A stretch of 24,737 nucleotides of DNA from a virus (IMGVR_UViG_3300037419_000414:1-24737); one strand, 5' to 3'. Counted from the first letter of the stretch, positions 16,832 to 24,563 are shown. Program-made: numbers and translations. The notes: generated by a model not told the origin, from the sequence alone.

Positions 16832-17896
16832 TTACCCTTTGGCCGCCTGGGCGCGGAAGGTGGCAAGCGCTTCGGTCAGGCGGTTGTACCGCTGGATTGT
16901 GACCGGATCCTTGGCGCGGATCTTCTTCCGCGTCTCGGGATCCGCGACCATCGCATCGATCTGCTTTTTGGCTTCCTCCGCGCTCGAGACGCCGAAGCGT
17001 TCCGACGGGCGGCCGCCGTTGCCGGCAAAGAAATCCTCGCCGGCCATTTGGCCGATCTTGCGGAACAGCTCGAGCGTGCGCTTGGCGCCGAAACCCGCCT
17101 CGATCGCCTTCGCGTCGCCCGTTTTCAGGCCGAGCGCGTCGAGCCCGCGGCGGAACTCCTCCTTGCCCTGCTCGGCCGCCGGTCCCCATTCCTTCAAGGT
17201 CGCGTTGCGCTCCGCGACGTTGTTCGCGCCGTCGGCTTGGATGCTCTCGAGCTGCGCGGCCATGAAGCGCTCGCCGAGCTCTTTGAAGGCGGCCGCCGGA
17301 ATATGGTACTTCGCGGCGATCTCCCTCATCGGATCGATAAAGGCGGTGTCGAGCTCGAAGCCCTTGGCGGCCGCCGGCAGATCGACGGCGTAGCCCGACG
17401 CCTCGAGCGGCGCGCCGACGGCTTCCTTGTAAGCTTTCACTTCCGCCTCGGTTGCGCCGTCGCCGGGCAGCTTGACGCGGCCGCTTTCGCGGAGCGCCTT
17501 CTGATTGTCGCGGGCAAGCTGAACGACGGAATCGAGATCCTTGAGCTTGAGCTTGGCGATCCACTCCTGATTGGAGAGCTCCTTTTCGCCCGGCTTGTCG
17601 GCCGAGAAGCTCTTGGCCCATTCGGGGATCTCGAGCTCGCCGCCTTCGCCCTCGCCCGAGCCGTCGCCGGATCCATCGCCCGAACCGTCGCCCGAACCGT
17701 CGCCGGATCCATCGCCCGAGCCGTCGCCCTCGCCGGATCCGCCGCCGAAAAAGTCCTCATCCTCGTCGCCGGCGCCGGATCCGCCGCCGCCGGCGCCCTC
17801 GCCTTCACCCTCGGGCGCCCTCGCGCGCCAGCTTCTTGCGGCCATAAGCGCGATCGCGCCCGTGCTCGCCAGCAATCCCCCCCTATTCACGACCAT
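16832..17896 (-). CDS. Capsid assembly scaffolding protein
   Basis: Lies between portal/Bbp19-like and capsid genes. Acidic Gly-rich N-terminus, VKLPGD...YKEAVGAP...Y and LKEWG motifs. Start set at the ATG at 17896, which has GGAGG upstream. Confidence 0.85.
   Translation of the reverse strand: MVVNRGGLLASTGAIALMAARSWRARAPEGEGEGAGGGGSGAGDEDEDFFGGGSGEGDGSGDGSGDGSGDGSGDGSGDGSGEGEGGELEIPEWAKSFSADKPGEKELSNQEWIAKLKLKDLDSVVQLARDNQKALRESGRVKLPGDGATEAEVKAYKEAVGAPLEASGYAVDLPAAAKGFELDTAFIDPMREIAAKYHIPAAAFKELGERFMAAQLESIQADGANNVAERNATLKEWGPAAEQGKEEFRRGLDALGLKTGDAKAIEAGFGAKRTLELFRKIGQMAGEDFFAGNGGRPSERFGVSSAEEAKKQIDAMVADPETRKKIRAKDPVTIQRYNRLTEALATFRAQAAKG
17657..17728 (-). repeat. Six tandem 12-bp units encoding (GDGS)6 in the scaffold
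   Basis: The units are GGCGACGGCTCG, GGCGATGGATCC and GGCGACGGTTCG, read directly from the sequence. Confidence 0.95.
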
Positions 17897-18221
17897 TGTC
17901 CACCTCCACAAATGCCCGAACCTCGAGAGGGTCGAGCTCCAAAAAATCGATCAGACGATTGACGACTTCGCGCCGGCCCTCGATCCGCGCCATTGACAGC
18001 GGATCGATGCGGCCGCCGAGATCCCGCAAGAACGAGTGCTGCTTGTGCGTCCCGAGCCGCGCGAACGCGCGGAGATCCGCGATCACTCGCTGCGCCTCGA
18101 TCGTCGCGGTGCCGTCGGCGCCGAGAAAGCACGCCTTGACGCAGCGGCCGAGCTCGATCGCCTTGCGGCGAAGGATGCTGCGGACCTTTTCCTCGAGCTT
18201 TTGCGGGTGCAGCACGGTCAC
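17883..18221 (-). CDS. Bbp19-like head-module protein
   Basis: 112 aa directly after the portal (GTGA overlap), with the family motifs AQRVIADL...F and DP...ARIEGRREV. Confidence 0.75.
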   Translation of the reverse strand: MTVLHPQKLEEKVRSILRRKAIELGRCVKACFLGADGTATIEAQRVIADLRAFARLGTHKQHSFLRDLGGRIDPLSMARIEGRREVVNRLIDFLELDPLEVRAFVEVDNGRE

Positions 18222-19891
18222 AAGCCGCCGCCCTCGCCGAGCTTGGCCGCGATCTCCCGCGTTTTCGCAAGGTTAAGCGCCGCCTGGCTCAATCCCGGCG
18301 CCGCCTCGGCGACCGTCTCGCCTTCCTGCTGCTGTTGCTTCGACTGCCGGCGCGCCTCGAGCTCGTCGTCGCTGTAGAGCATCGACGGCCTGACCCCGAG
18401 CACGTCGCCGGCAACCTTCATGCCCTCGTCGAAATTGATCCGATCGAGCGCCTCTTGGTGCCCGGCGCCGGCGGCCTGGACGCCGATCTCGACGAGCCGG
18501 GTAAAGCCGGTCACTTCATCGGCGCGGGCCATGCGCGACAGCGGATTGGTCATGTAGGCGCGCGGCCGAACGCCCGCCTCGGTAACTTCCGGCGGGAACG
18601 GCGGGATCGCGCCGGCGCGCATCAGGATATCGAGCTCGCGCTCGACTTGCGGCCCAAGCTTCTCGGTTTCGCGGCGACCGGCGAACGGCGCGATCAGAAC
18701 GCCCTCCTTCTGCAGCGTCTCCATGACTTGCGTCGCCGTCATTCGATCGGAGGGATCGGTCAGGAGCCGGAAAAACTCCTCGAGGAACGCGCCCTTGACG
18801 ACTTGGCGCTCCTCCTCGCGGATCTCGGCGCCGATCGGGAGCTGTGCCCCGGTCAAGAGCGGGTGAACTAGCTGCTGCCCCTGATCGTTGACGCCGCCGG
18901 CGGTGAGCCCGCCGGCCTTCGTCGCAACCTTCGTGATATCGGCGTCGTCGGCGTAGAGCAGCGGCGGATCGACGGCCTTGTTGGCGGCGTCGAGGATCGT
19001 TCGCGCCATTGCGTTCAAGCCCTTCACCGTCGCCAGCACCTTCATTGCCGGCGATCGGCCGTAGCAATCGCGCGGCCCGGTAACGTGCCTCGAGACAGGG
19101 ATCGGCATCGAGTTGAAGCCCTTGCGGCTGATCACATGCTTTTCGGCGAGCTCGATGTAGAGGCTCTCGATCGGCTTTCCCTTCGGCCCGAAATAGCCCG
19201 GCTCATACTCGCGGTTGGGCCGAACGACGTGAAGGATCTCGATCTCGTTGTTGCGCTTCTTCGGATCCTCGAAATCGCGCCGCGTTTTGTCGGAAAGGTT
19301 TTCGATCCCGAACTCGGCCGCGGCCGCCTTGATCGTCTGCGTGTAGCAGCGATGAACGGTATCGACGCGGCCGCTGAAATCCTCGTCGATGTAGCACTCG
19401 CTAAGGTGGAGCGTCTTGTAGAACAGCCCGCGGCCGACGTTATCGCCGATCCACATCGGCGACGTGCCATATTTGCCCTCTTGCCGGATATCTTCATGCG
19501 CCTGGGCTTCAAACCCGGTCCACGGCGCATATCGGGCCATGAACAGGACGTCGGTCGCAACCTCGCACCAGCGTTGGACGGCCGCGATCTTCATCAATTC
19601 GCGATCGGGAAAGCCGATCCCGTGCCAGCGCTGTTGCCTCGGGATCGTGACGCCGGCGATCGCCGCCGTGTAGCGATCGAGCCCGTCGAGTGCGGTCACG
19701 TCGAACAGCTCGTCGGCTTCGTTGGTGAACGTCGCTCGGCTCTTATCCCACGCGCCGGCGCCGTGCGGATCGACGAACCGATCGATATCGCGCCAATAGG
19801 GCTCGTAAAATGAGCGCTTCTCTTTCAGCCGCTCATGGTTGGCGAGAACGAGCTGAACCTGTTCGGTATCGAGAAGCGCAATATCAGCCAT
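18218..19891 (-). CDS. Portal (head-to-tail connector; T7 gp8/BPP-1 Bbp21 family)
   Basis: About 557 aa with YGTSPM, YGRSPAM, KAVDPPLL, RMTATQV and NPLSR motifs. The start is most likely the ATG at 19891 after a G6 tract (alternatives are 19897 and 19906). Confidence 0.93.
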   Translation of the reverse strand: MADIALLDTEQVQLVLANHERLKEKRSFYEPYWRDIDRFVDPHGAGAWDKSRATFTNEADELFDVTALDGLDRYTAAIAGVTIPRQQRWHGIGFPDRELMKIAAVQRWCEVATDVLFMARYAPWTGFEAQAHEDIRQEGKYGTSPMWIGDNVGRGLFYKTLHLSECYIDEDFSGRVDTVHRCYTQTIKAAAAEFGIENLSDKTRRDFEDPKKRNNEIEILHVVRPNREYEPGYFGPKGKPIESLYIELAEKHVISRKGFNSMPIPVSRHVTGPRDCYGRSPAMKVLATVKGLNAMARTILDAANKAVDPPLLYADDADITKVATKAGGLTAGGVNDQGQQLVHPLLTGAQLPIGAEIREEERQVVKGAFLEEFFRLLTDPSDRMTATQVMETLQKEGVLIAPFAGRRETEKLGPQVERELDILMRAGAIPPFPPEVTEAGVRPRAYMTNPLSRMARADEVTGFTRLVEIGVQAAGAGHQEALDRINFDEGMKVAGDVLGVRPSMLYSDDELEARRQSKQQQQEGETVAEAAPGLSQAALNLAKTREIAAKLGEGGGL

Positions 19892-19909
19892 GACCATTCC
19901 CCCCATTGC

Positions 19910-19939
19910 GGCGCCGGCGGTGCCCCCACCGCCGGCGCC
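19910..19939. promoter_or_regulatory. Perfect 13-bp hairpin directly upstream of the portal RBS
   Basis: GGCGCCGGCGGTG-4nt-CACCGCCGGCGCC in the intergenic gap, with no U-tract. Confidence 0.6.
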
Positions 19940-19958
19940 TTCCCCTCACGCGACGAAA

Positions 19959-20789
19959 TCAGCCAAAGATCAGCGCCCGGTGAAACCGGCGCTCCTGCCC
20001 GTGCTCAACCACAGGCTGCGGATCGAAGGCGCAATAAGCGACCTGATCGCCGCCGTAGAGCAAGCCCGCGCCGTGAACCTTCACCTTGGCGCCGAGCCCG
20101 CGGATATGGATCGGCGGCTCGACGACAAAGCGCGAGCTGTCGACGCGGGTGAGATCCTTCGCGGCGATCTTGACCGGCTCAAAGTCGACGATCTCAAACT
20201 CGCCGTTGGAAAAGGCGATCTCGAATCCGCCGCCCTCGGCGATGAGCTTCGCGATCGCGACGTCGGTTAGCTGCTTGAACGCCGGGCCGACGTCGCGCGC
20301 CTTCGCGGGCCGCTCGAGCACGGGCTCGGGCTCCGCTTCCGCTGCAGCCGGCGGCTCGGGCGGCGCTTCGCCGGTCCCCTTGCCTTCCTCTGCAAGCTGA
20401 TTGGCGAGCGCGTTCTTCGCGTTCGTCATATCGAGAAGATCTTGCTCGAGCTCGCCGACTTCGGCGGTCAGCTCGACGACGCGCTTGCGGAGCTCCTCAA
20501 CCTCGCCCGGATCCGCGCCGGCGGCGAGCCGCGCCTCGAGATCGGCGACTACGCCGGTCAGGCGCTCGACTTCGGCGGCGAGCCCGCTGGCGCGCGTCTC
20601 GAGATCGGCGACCGTCTTAGCCTGGCCCTTGAGCGCGGCGATCGCGACCTCGATCGGATCCGCGCCCTCGGGGATCGTGATCCCGTTGGCCGTCAAGGCG
20701 ATCGCCAGCGCCGAAACGCCCGCCTCGAGAGCGGCGAGCCGCTTGTTGTTGTCGCGGCCCTTGCCTTCGGCCGACTTTCCTTCTGCCAT
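19959..20789 (-). CDS. Hypothetical protein: N-terminal coiled coil, Pro/Glu linker and beta-rich C-terminal domain
   Basis: 276 aa with a GAGGGGG RBS, heptad repeats (VADLETR...LAAEVERL...VADLEARL) and codon usage like its neighbours. Confidence 0.75.
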   Translation of the reverse strand: MAEGKSAEGKGRDNNKRLAALEAGVSALAIALTANGITIPEGADPIEVAIAALKGQAKTVADLETRASGLAAEVERLTGVVADLEARLAAGADPGEVEELRKRVVELTAEVGELEQDLLDMTNAKNALANQLAEEGKGTGEAPPEPPAAAEAEPEPVLERPAKARDVGPAFKQLTDVAIAKLIAEGGGFEIAFSNGEFEIVDFEPVKIAAKDLTRVDSSRFVVEPPIHIRGLGAKVKVHGAGLLYGGDQVAYCAFDPQPVVEHGQERRFHRALIFG

Positions 20790-20807
20790 TTGTCCCCCCT
20801 CTGTGGG

Positions 20808-21032
20808 TTAGCCGAGTAATGTCTTTGACGTGGCGCCCGCCTCGGCTCCGCTTGCGCCTGTCATTTGATCCGCGGCGCCGCCCCGGCGCCCGAAAAGCTG
20901 ATCCTGCCGGAGCGCCGCGTCGCGCGCGTCGTCTCGAGTGACCGCCGGCGTCGGCGCCGGCGGCTTGGGCAGCTTCGGGATGAGCCCGATCGCCTTCAAT
21001 GGTGCTCCGATCACGCCGCCGAGTGCCTTCAT
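20808..21032 (-). CDS. Small virion assembly protein upstream of the portal (T7 gp6.7/7.3-like position)
   Basis: 74 aa with PKLPKPPAP, RRG and a terminal KTLLG, as commonly seen between terminase and portal in BPP-1-like phages. GGAGG RBS. Confidence 0.7.
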   Translation of the reverse strand: MKALGGVIGAPLKAIGLIPKLPKPPAPTPAVTRDDARDAALRQDQLFGRRGGAADQMTGASGAEAGATSKTLLG

Positions 21033-21034
21033 CG

Positions 21035-22633
21035 CTACCTCCCGCTAAACACGTTGTAATCGCGTTCGACCTTGACCTCGCGCCGGCCCGCGCGATCGCG
21101 GCGCTTCATGCCTGGGTGCGTCGTTCCGTCGAGATCGTCGTCGTTCCCGCCGTACTGCTCGTCGACGCAGCCATATTGGAGCGCGTCCTGCACGTGCGAC
21201 CACATCGTTTTCGCCGGCTGATCCGAGAAGCGCGACATGCCGCCAGCGAGGTTTGAGCGCTGGATCACGTACATGCCTTTGAAGCCCTTCCGGAGCACCT
21301 TGCAGCGCGTCGGACAGATGATGAAACCGGGATCGCCGCCTTCGACGAGCGTCAGCATCGGCGTTCTGACGGCCTGTAGGCGCTTATCGAGGCTGTTGTT
21401 CTTGCATTGCGACTTCTTTACCCGGATCTCGTCGCCGAGCTCCTCGCGGAGCCCCTTCTGAAAGTTTTGCCGCCACGACGGATCCGCGCTGCTGGCGCCC
21501 TCGCCGGCGCCGGCGGCGGGATCGACGCGCACGATCGGGTGAACCGGCACGCCGGGAAACTCATCCTTGACGTAGCGGCCGACGCGGCGGCCGAACGCGG
21601 TCGCGCCGAGCTGCTCGAGCGCGTCATGCTCGCTTTCGGCAAGGTTGACCACTTCGCCCAGGCAACGGATCTGGCCGCGGTGGTCGCGCTGGCGGATCAC
21701 CGCCGCCGGCGTCATTCCGGCGTCGGCCGAGATCTTCAAGGCGACGTCGCGGATCGGCTCGAGCGTTGCCTTCGCGCAATGAACTTCATCGTTATACTCG
21801 GTGAACACGACTTGCCCGTGGCGCGTCGGCCCGAACTCGTTGTCGACCATGCGGCGGACAAGCCACGGCTGCTTGGCGAGTGCGAAAACTTGCTGCGCGT
21901 AATAGCCTTTCGGCAGATTTTCGATGTTCTCGGGCGGCGGATCCTTCGATCGTCCGCCCGGTTGCACGTGAAACCCGACGCCGAACAGCTCGCCGAGCTC
22001 GCGCCGGAGCTCCTCCTCGAGCTCCTTGTCGAGCCCGAGATCCTTCTCGACGAAAACGCCGTAAGTCCAATTCTCGATATCCGGCGCGTTCATATCGAGG
22101 ATCAGGCCGCGCCAGTGGCAACCGCCCTGCGAGGCGCCGGGAAAGCGGCCGACGCGCGTCATGGCGTAGGCGAACACTTCGTAAGCGACGAGATCGCCCT
22201 CATTCAGCCAAATGCCGGTGACTTCCCACCCACGCATGACGTCCTCGGCTTTGTTCTCGCCGATCGCCGCGAAAATGACGGTCAGCTCGACATATTTCCG
22301 CTTGCCGCCCTCGATCACGAGGAAGGTGAGCGTGTGCTCGAACGGCGCTTCGCCGTTCCACTCGCCGAGCTGCTTTGGGAACCAGCGGAACCACGTCGCT
22401 AGGACCGTCTTTTTGAGCTGCGGATAGGTGTCGCGAACGACGCCCCACTTGGCGCGGTAAACCCCGTCGGGACCGGGCTCTTGCCACAGCGCCGACTTGA
22501 CCATTTTCGCGACGCATTTCGTCGTTTTGGCCGAGCCGACCGGACCCATAATGCCCGTGATCAGCTTCTTGTCGTTGAGGAAGCGCTCGCCGACCGGACC
22601 CGTCGGCTTCATGAGCTGCGCGATCGCGTTCAT
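21035..22633 (-). CDS. terL: Terminase large subunit, 532 aa
   Basis: Walker A GPVGSAKT, VVRDTYPQL, Walker B GIWLNE, coupling motif DMNAP, nuclease DAGMTPAAV and SHVQDALQY. Start is the ATG at 22633 (ATGA overlap). Confidence 0.93.
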   Translation of the reverse strand: MNAIAQLMKPTGPVGERFLNDKKLITGIMGPVGSAKTTKCVAKMVKSALWQEPGPDGVYRAKWGVVRDTYPQLKKTVLATWFRWFPKQLGEWNGEAPFEHTLTFLVIEGGKRKYVELTVIFAAIGENKAEDVMRGWEVTGIWLNEGDLVAYEVFAYAMTRVGRFPGASQGGCHWRGLILDMNAPDIENWTYGVFVEKDLGLDKELEEELRRELGELFGVGFHVQPGGRSKDPPPENIENLPKGYYAQQVFALAKQPWLVRRMVDNEFGPTRHGQVVFTEYNDEVHCAKATLEPIRDVALKISADAGMTPAAVIRQRDHRGQIRCLGEVVNLAESEHDALEQLGATAFGRRVGRYVKDEFPGVPVHPIVRVDPAAGAGEGASSADPSWRQNFQKGLREELGDEIRVKKSQCKNNSLDKRLQAVRTPMLTLVEGGDPGFIICPTRCKVLRKGFKGMYVIQRSNLAGGMSRFSDQPAKTMWSHVQDALQYGCVDEQYGGNDDDLDGTTHPGMKRRDRAGRREVKVERDYNVFSGR

Positions 22634-22914
22634 GCGAGCCGCCCCACGCCTTCGTTGCGCTCGATCCACTCGCGAACCTCGCGCGCCGCTTCGACATAGG
22701 CCCGGCTCGGCGTCTTGCTCTGCTCCTGACCGGGCCGGAACGTCGCCCAAATCTTGTTACGGAGGGCGAGCGGCAGCTTGTACCAATGCTCCCTGCAGCC
22801 CCACAGCGCCGGCGGAACCTTCCGCTCGCAACCCGGCCAATGGCAATGGTGCCCGCGCGCCGGCGTCCGGATCCGATCGCGGACGTACTCCGCTTTGCGG
22901 CCGATCGAGCTCAT
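22630..22914 (-). CDS. Small Cys/His (putative zinc-binding) protein, 94 aa
   Basis: MSSIGRKAEY...HHCHWPGC...WGCREHWYKLP. ATGA overlaps at both ends. Confidence 0.7.
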   Translation of the reverse strand: MSSIGRKAEYVRDRIRTPARGHHCHWPGCERKVPPALWGCREHWYKLPLALRNKIWATFRPGQEQSKTPSRAYVEAAREVREWIERNEGVGRLA

Positions 22915-23045
22915 GATCGCGGCTCCGGCCAACTCACGGCGCACTTCGAGCAATACATCGAGCACCAATCGCCCGCGGCCGAGCGCTGCGACGTGTAGCG
23001 GCCATGAAACAGCGCGCACCAAATCGAATTGATCAGCCAGCTCAC
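22911..23045 (-). CDS. 44-aa Cys-rich protein (DUF1660-like zinc ribbon pattern)
   Basis: MSWLINSIWCALFHG...YCSKC. GTGA and ATGA overlaps at the two ends. Confidence 0.6.
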   Translation of the reverse strand: MSWLINSIWCALFHGRYTSQRSAAGDWCSMYCSKCAVSWPEPRS

Positions 23046-23218
23046 GACGGGAGCCCCTTTTGCTGCAGCCGTCGCCGCGCTTGCCGCGACGGCGCGGCGG
23101 CGATCGCGCGCTCGAGCGCCGTGTGGCGGCGCTCCCATTCGCGGCGCCACGCAAAGTCCTCTTCTTCGCGGGTTCGGAACTCCTCGGCGCCGATCGGCCC
23201 TGCCGGCCCGTAACTCAT
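23042..23218 (-). CDS. Hypothetical charged protein, 58 aa
   Basis: MSYGPAGPIGAEEFRTREEEDFAWRREW... with 4-bp stop/start overlaps at both ends. Confidence 0.55.
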   Translation of the reverse strand: MSYGPAGPIGAEEFRTREEEDFAWRREWERRHTALERAIAAAPSRQARRRLQQKGLPS

Positions 23219-23394
23219 GGCCGCCACCCGAGATCGAGCTCCGTCGCTTGCGGGCCGAGCCTGTCGCAGATCTCCTTCATCGCCAAGGATCCCCACGACG
23301 CCGATCGGCCGAGACGCGCTGCGCTCGCCGTGATCGAGAAACCGCGCTCGAGCGCGGAGCAAAAGAGATCCAGCAGCTTTTCACGCTCGCTCAC
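23215..23394 (-). CDS. Small putative helix-turn-helix protein, 59 aa
   Basis: LERGFSITASAARLGRSASWG has HTH spacing. GTGA and ATGA overlaps. Confidence 0.6.
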   Translation of the reverse strand: MSEREKLLDLFCSALERGFSITASAARLGRSASWGSLAMKEICDRLGPQATELDLGWRP

Positions 23395-23492
23395 CTGTGC
23401 CGCCACGGCCAGGCGGCCGTGATCCCGTAGCTGGCGAGCCTCGCGCCCATGATCAGCGCGACGCCGGCGATCGCGAGCTCCGCGCCTCTCAC
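23391..23492 (-). CDS. 33-aa hydrophobic peptide
   Basis: MRGAELAIAGVALIMGARLASYGITAAWPWRHR. It exactly fills the gap, with GTGA overlaps on both sides. Confidence 0.5.
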   Translation of the reverse strand: MRGAELAIAGVALIMGARLASYGITAAWPWRHR

Positions 23493-23752
23493 GTGCGCGT
23501 CTCGCGTGCGCGCGCCGGCGCCGGCGAAGGCCCGAGCTCCGGAGGAAGCCAACAGACGTGCCGGAGCTGCGCTTCGAGCCACAGCAGATGCGGCGAGCTC
23601 GCCCACGTCCAAAGCCCGTGCTCGGGATCCATTTGAGCGAGGATCTCGTAGCCTGAACGATCGGCTGCGCCGCGTTGCGCGCGCTCGAGCGCCGCCCGAC
23701 GCGCCGGCGTCATTTCGTAGGGCTGAACCTCTTTGCGGCGCCGATCAGCCAA
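23489..23752 (-). CDS. Hypothetical protein, 87 aa
   Basis: The TTG start overlaps the end of the GapR gene by 8 bp, and the stop overlaps the next start. Confidence 0.55.
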   Translation of the reverse strand: MADRRRKEVQPYEMTPARRAALERAQRGAADRSGYEILAQMDPEHGLWTWASSPHLLWLEAQLRHVCWLPPELGPSPAPARARETRT

Positions 23753-24011
23753 GGCCGAGCGCCTTTCGGTACGTCTCGAGTAGCGCGTCCCATTCTTGCC
23801 GCTGGTGAGGCTCGAGCCGGCGTAGCTTGATGCACGCCTTCATCGCCTTGGGATCGTACCCGTTGGCCTTCGCCTCGGCGAAAACCCCTTTGAGATCTTC
23901 GTTAAGCGCCGCCACTTCTTCGTGGAGACGCTCGGCGCGCTCGATAAAGAGCCGGAGCTGATCCGCGGCGATCGCCGGGCCGCCGCTGATGGAAACGACG
24001 TTGCCGCTCAA
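23745..24011 (-). CDS. gapR: GapR (DUF2312) nucleoid-associated DNA-binding protein
   Basis: AADQLRLFIERAERLHEE...DLKGVFAEAKANGYDPKAMKACIKLR...LLETYRKALG is close to the DUF2312 consensus. TTGA overlap with the upstream gene. Confidence 0.92.
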   Translation of the reverse strand: MSGNVVSISGGPAIAADQLRLFIERAERLHEEVAALNEDLKGVFAEAKANGYDPKAMKACIKLRRLEPHQRQEWDALLETYRKALGLG

Positions 24012-24385
24012 TGCACCCTCGCCGGCAGTCTGCCGGCGACGCGCGCTCTCCTCGGAAGGTGGATCTTCGAGTCGCGCCGTCGTTCGTGGTGATTGCGCGG
24101 CTGTTGCGGCGGTTCGGCCGCCAGCTCGCGCAACTTATCCACAAAAATCTGCAGATCGGGAGGCGCGGGACCGTCGGCGGCCTTCGCTCCGTACATGGCG
24201 ATCGTTTTGAGCTCGCTCGCAGCGAGCAAAGCCGGCGCCCAATCGGCGGCTAGGCTAGAGAGCCTAGCCGCCGAAGCGCCTAGCCGAACAAACGACGATG
24301 CCGCCAGTTGATCGAGAGCTTCTCGATCACCGGAGATTCGGCTATCCAGCGCGTCAGCAACAAAGCGCGCATCGTCGCGATCCAC
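24008..24385 (-). CDS. Hypothetical protein, 125 aa (first gene of the coupled chain)
   Basis: GTG start with a G7 tract upstream. The stop overlaps the GapR start. Codon usage is less typical than in the structural genes. Confidence 0.45.
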   Translation of the reverse strand: MDRDDARFVADALDSRISGDREALDQLAASSFVRLGASAARLSSLAADWAPALLAASELKTIAMYGAKAADGPAPPDLQIFVDKLRELAAEPPQQPRNHHERRRDSKIHLPRRARVAGRLPARVH

Positions 24386-24439
24386 CTTGACGGATCCCCC
24401 CCACTGATTACCCGTGCCCGTCGGCCCAGGTGAGACGCT

Positions 24440-24470
24440 TTGTTTCCCGCGCGCTGACGGGGTTTGTCAA
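24440..24470 (-). promoter_or_regulatory. Candidate promoter for the late operon
   Basis: TTGACA at 24470-24465, about 80 nt upstream of the first gene. The -10 element is non-consensus. Confidence 0.4.
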
Positions 24471-24545
24471 TCCCCCTGCCCCGTGCCCCGTTCACCGTCC
24501 CCAACTTTCCGCCGTCGCCGATCGGCAGACAGTTTTACGGGGCCG

Positions 24546-24563
24546 CATTTCGGCTCCGAAATG
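24546..24563. promoter_or_regulatory. Perfect dyad CATTTCGG-N2-CCGAAATG (candidate protein-binding site)
   Basis: 8-bp inverted repeat with a 2-nt spacer in non-coding DNA upstream of the candidate promoter. Confidence 0.5.

Noticed and set aside
17657-17728. CRISPR-like or iteron array
   Set aside because: The units are contiguous 12-mers without spacers and encode an in-frame Gly/Asp/Ser linker.
246-22402. Many long plus-strand ORFs (e.g. 2193-3848, 5903-7333, 7364-8728, 9577-10782, 15316-16398, 16748-17962)
   Set aside because: They are antisense shadows of GC-rich minus-strand genes, with Arg-rich or low-information translations and no recognisable motifs.
22634-22750. Longer 571-aa terminase start
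   Set aside because: It overlaps the zinc-binding protein gene. The ATGA-coupled start at 22633 fits the Walker A position better.
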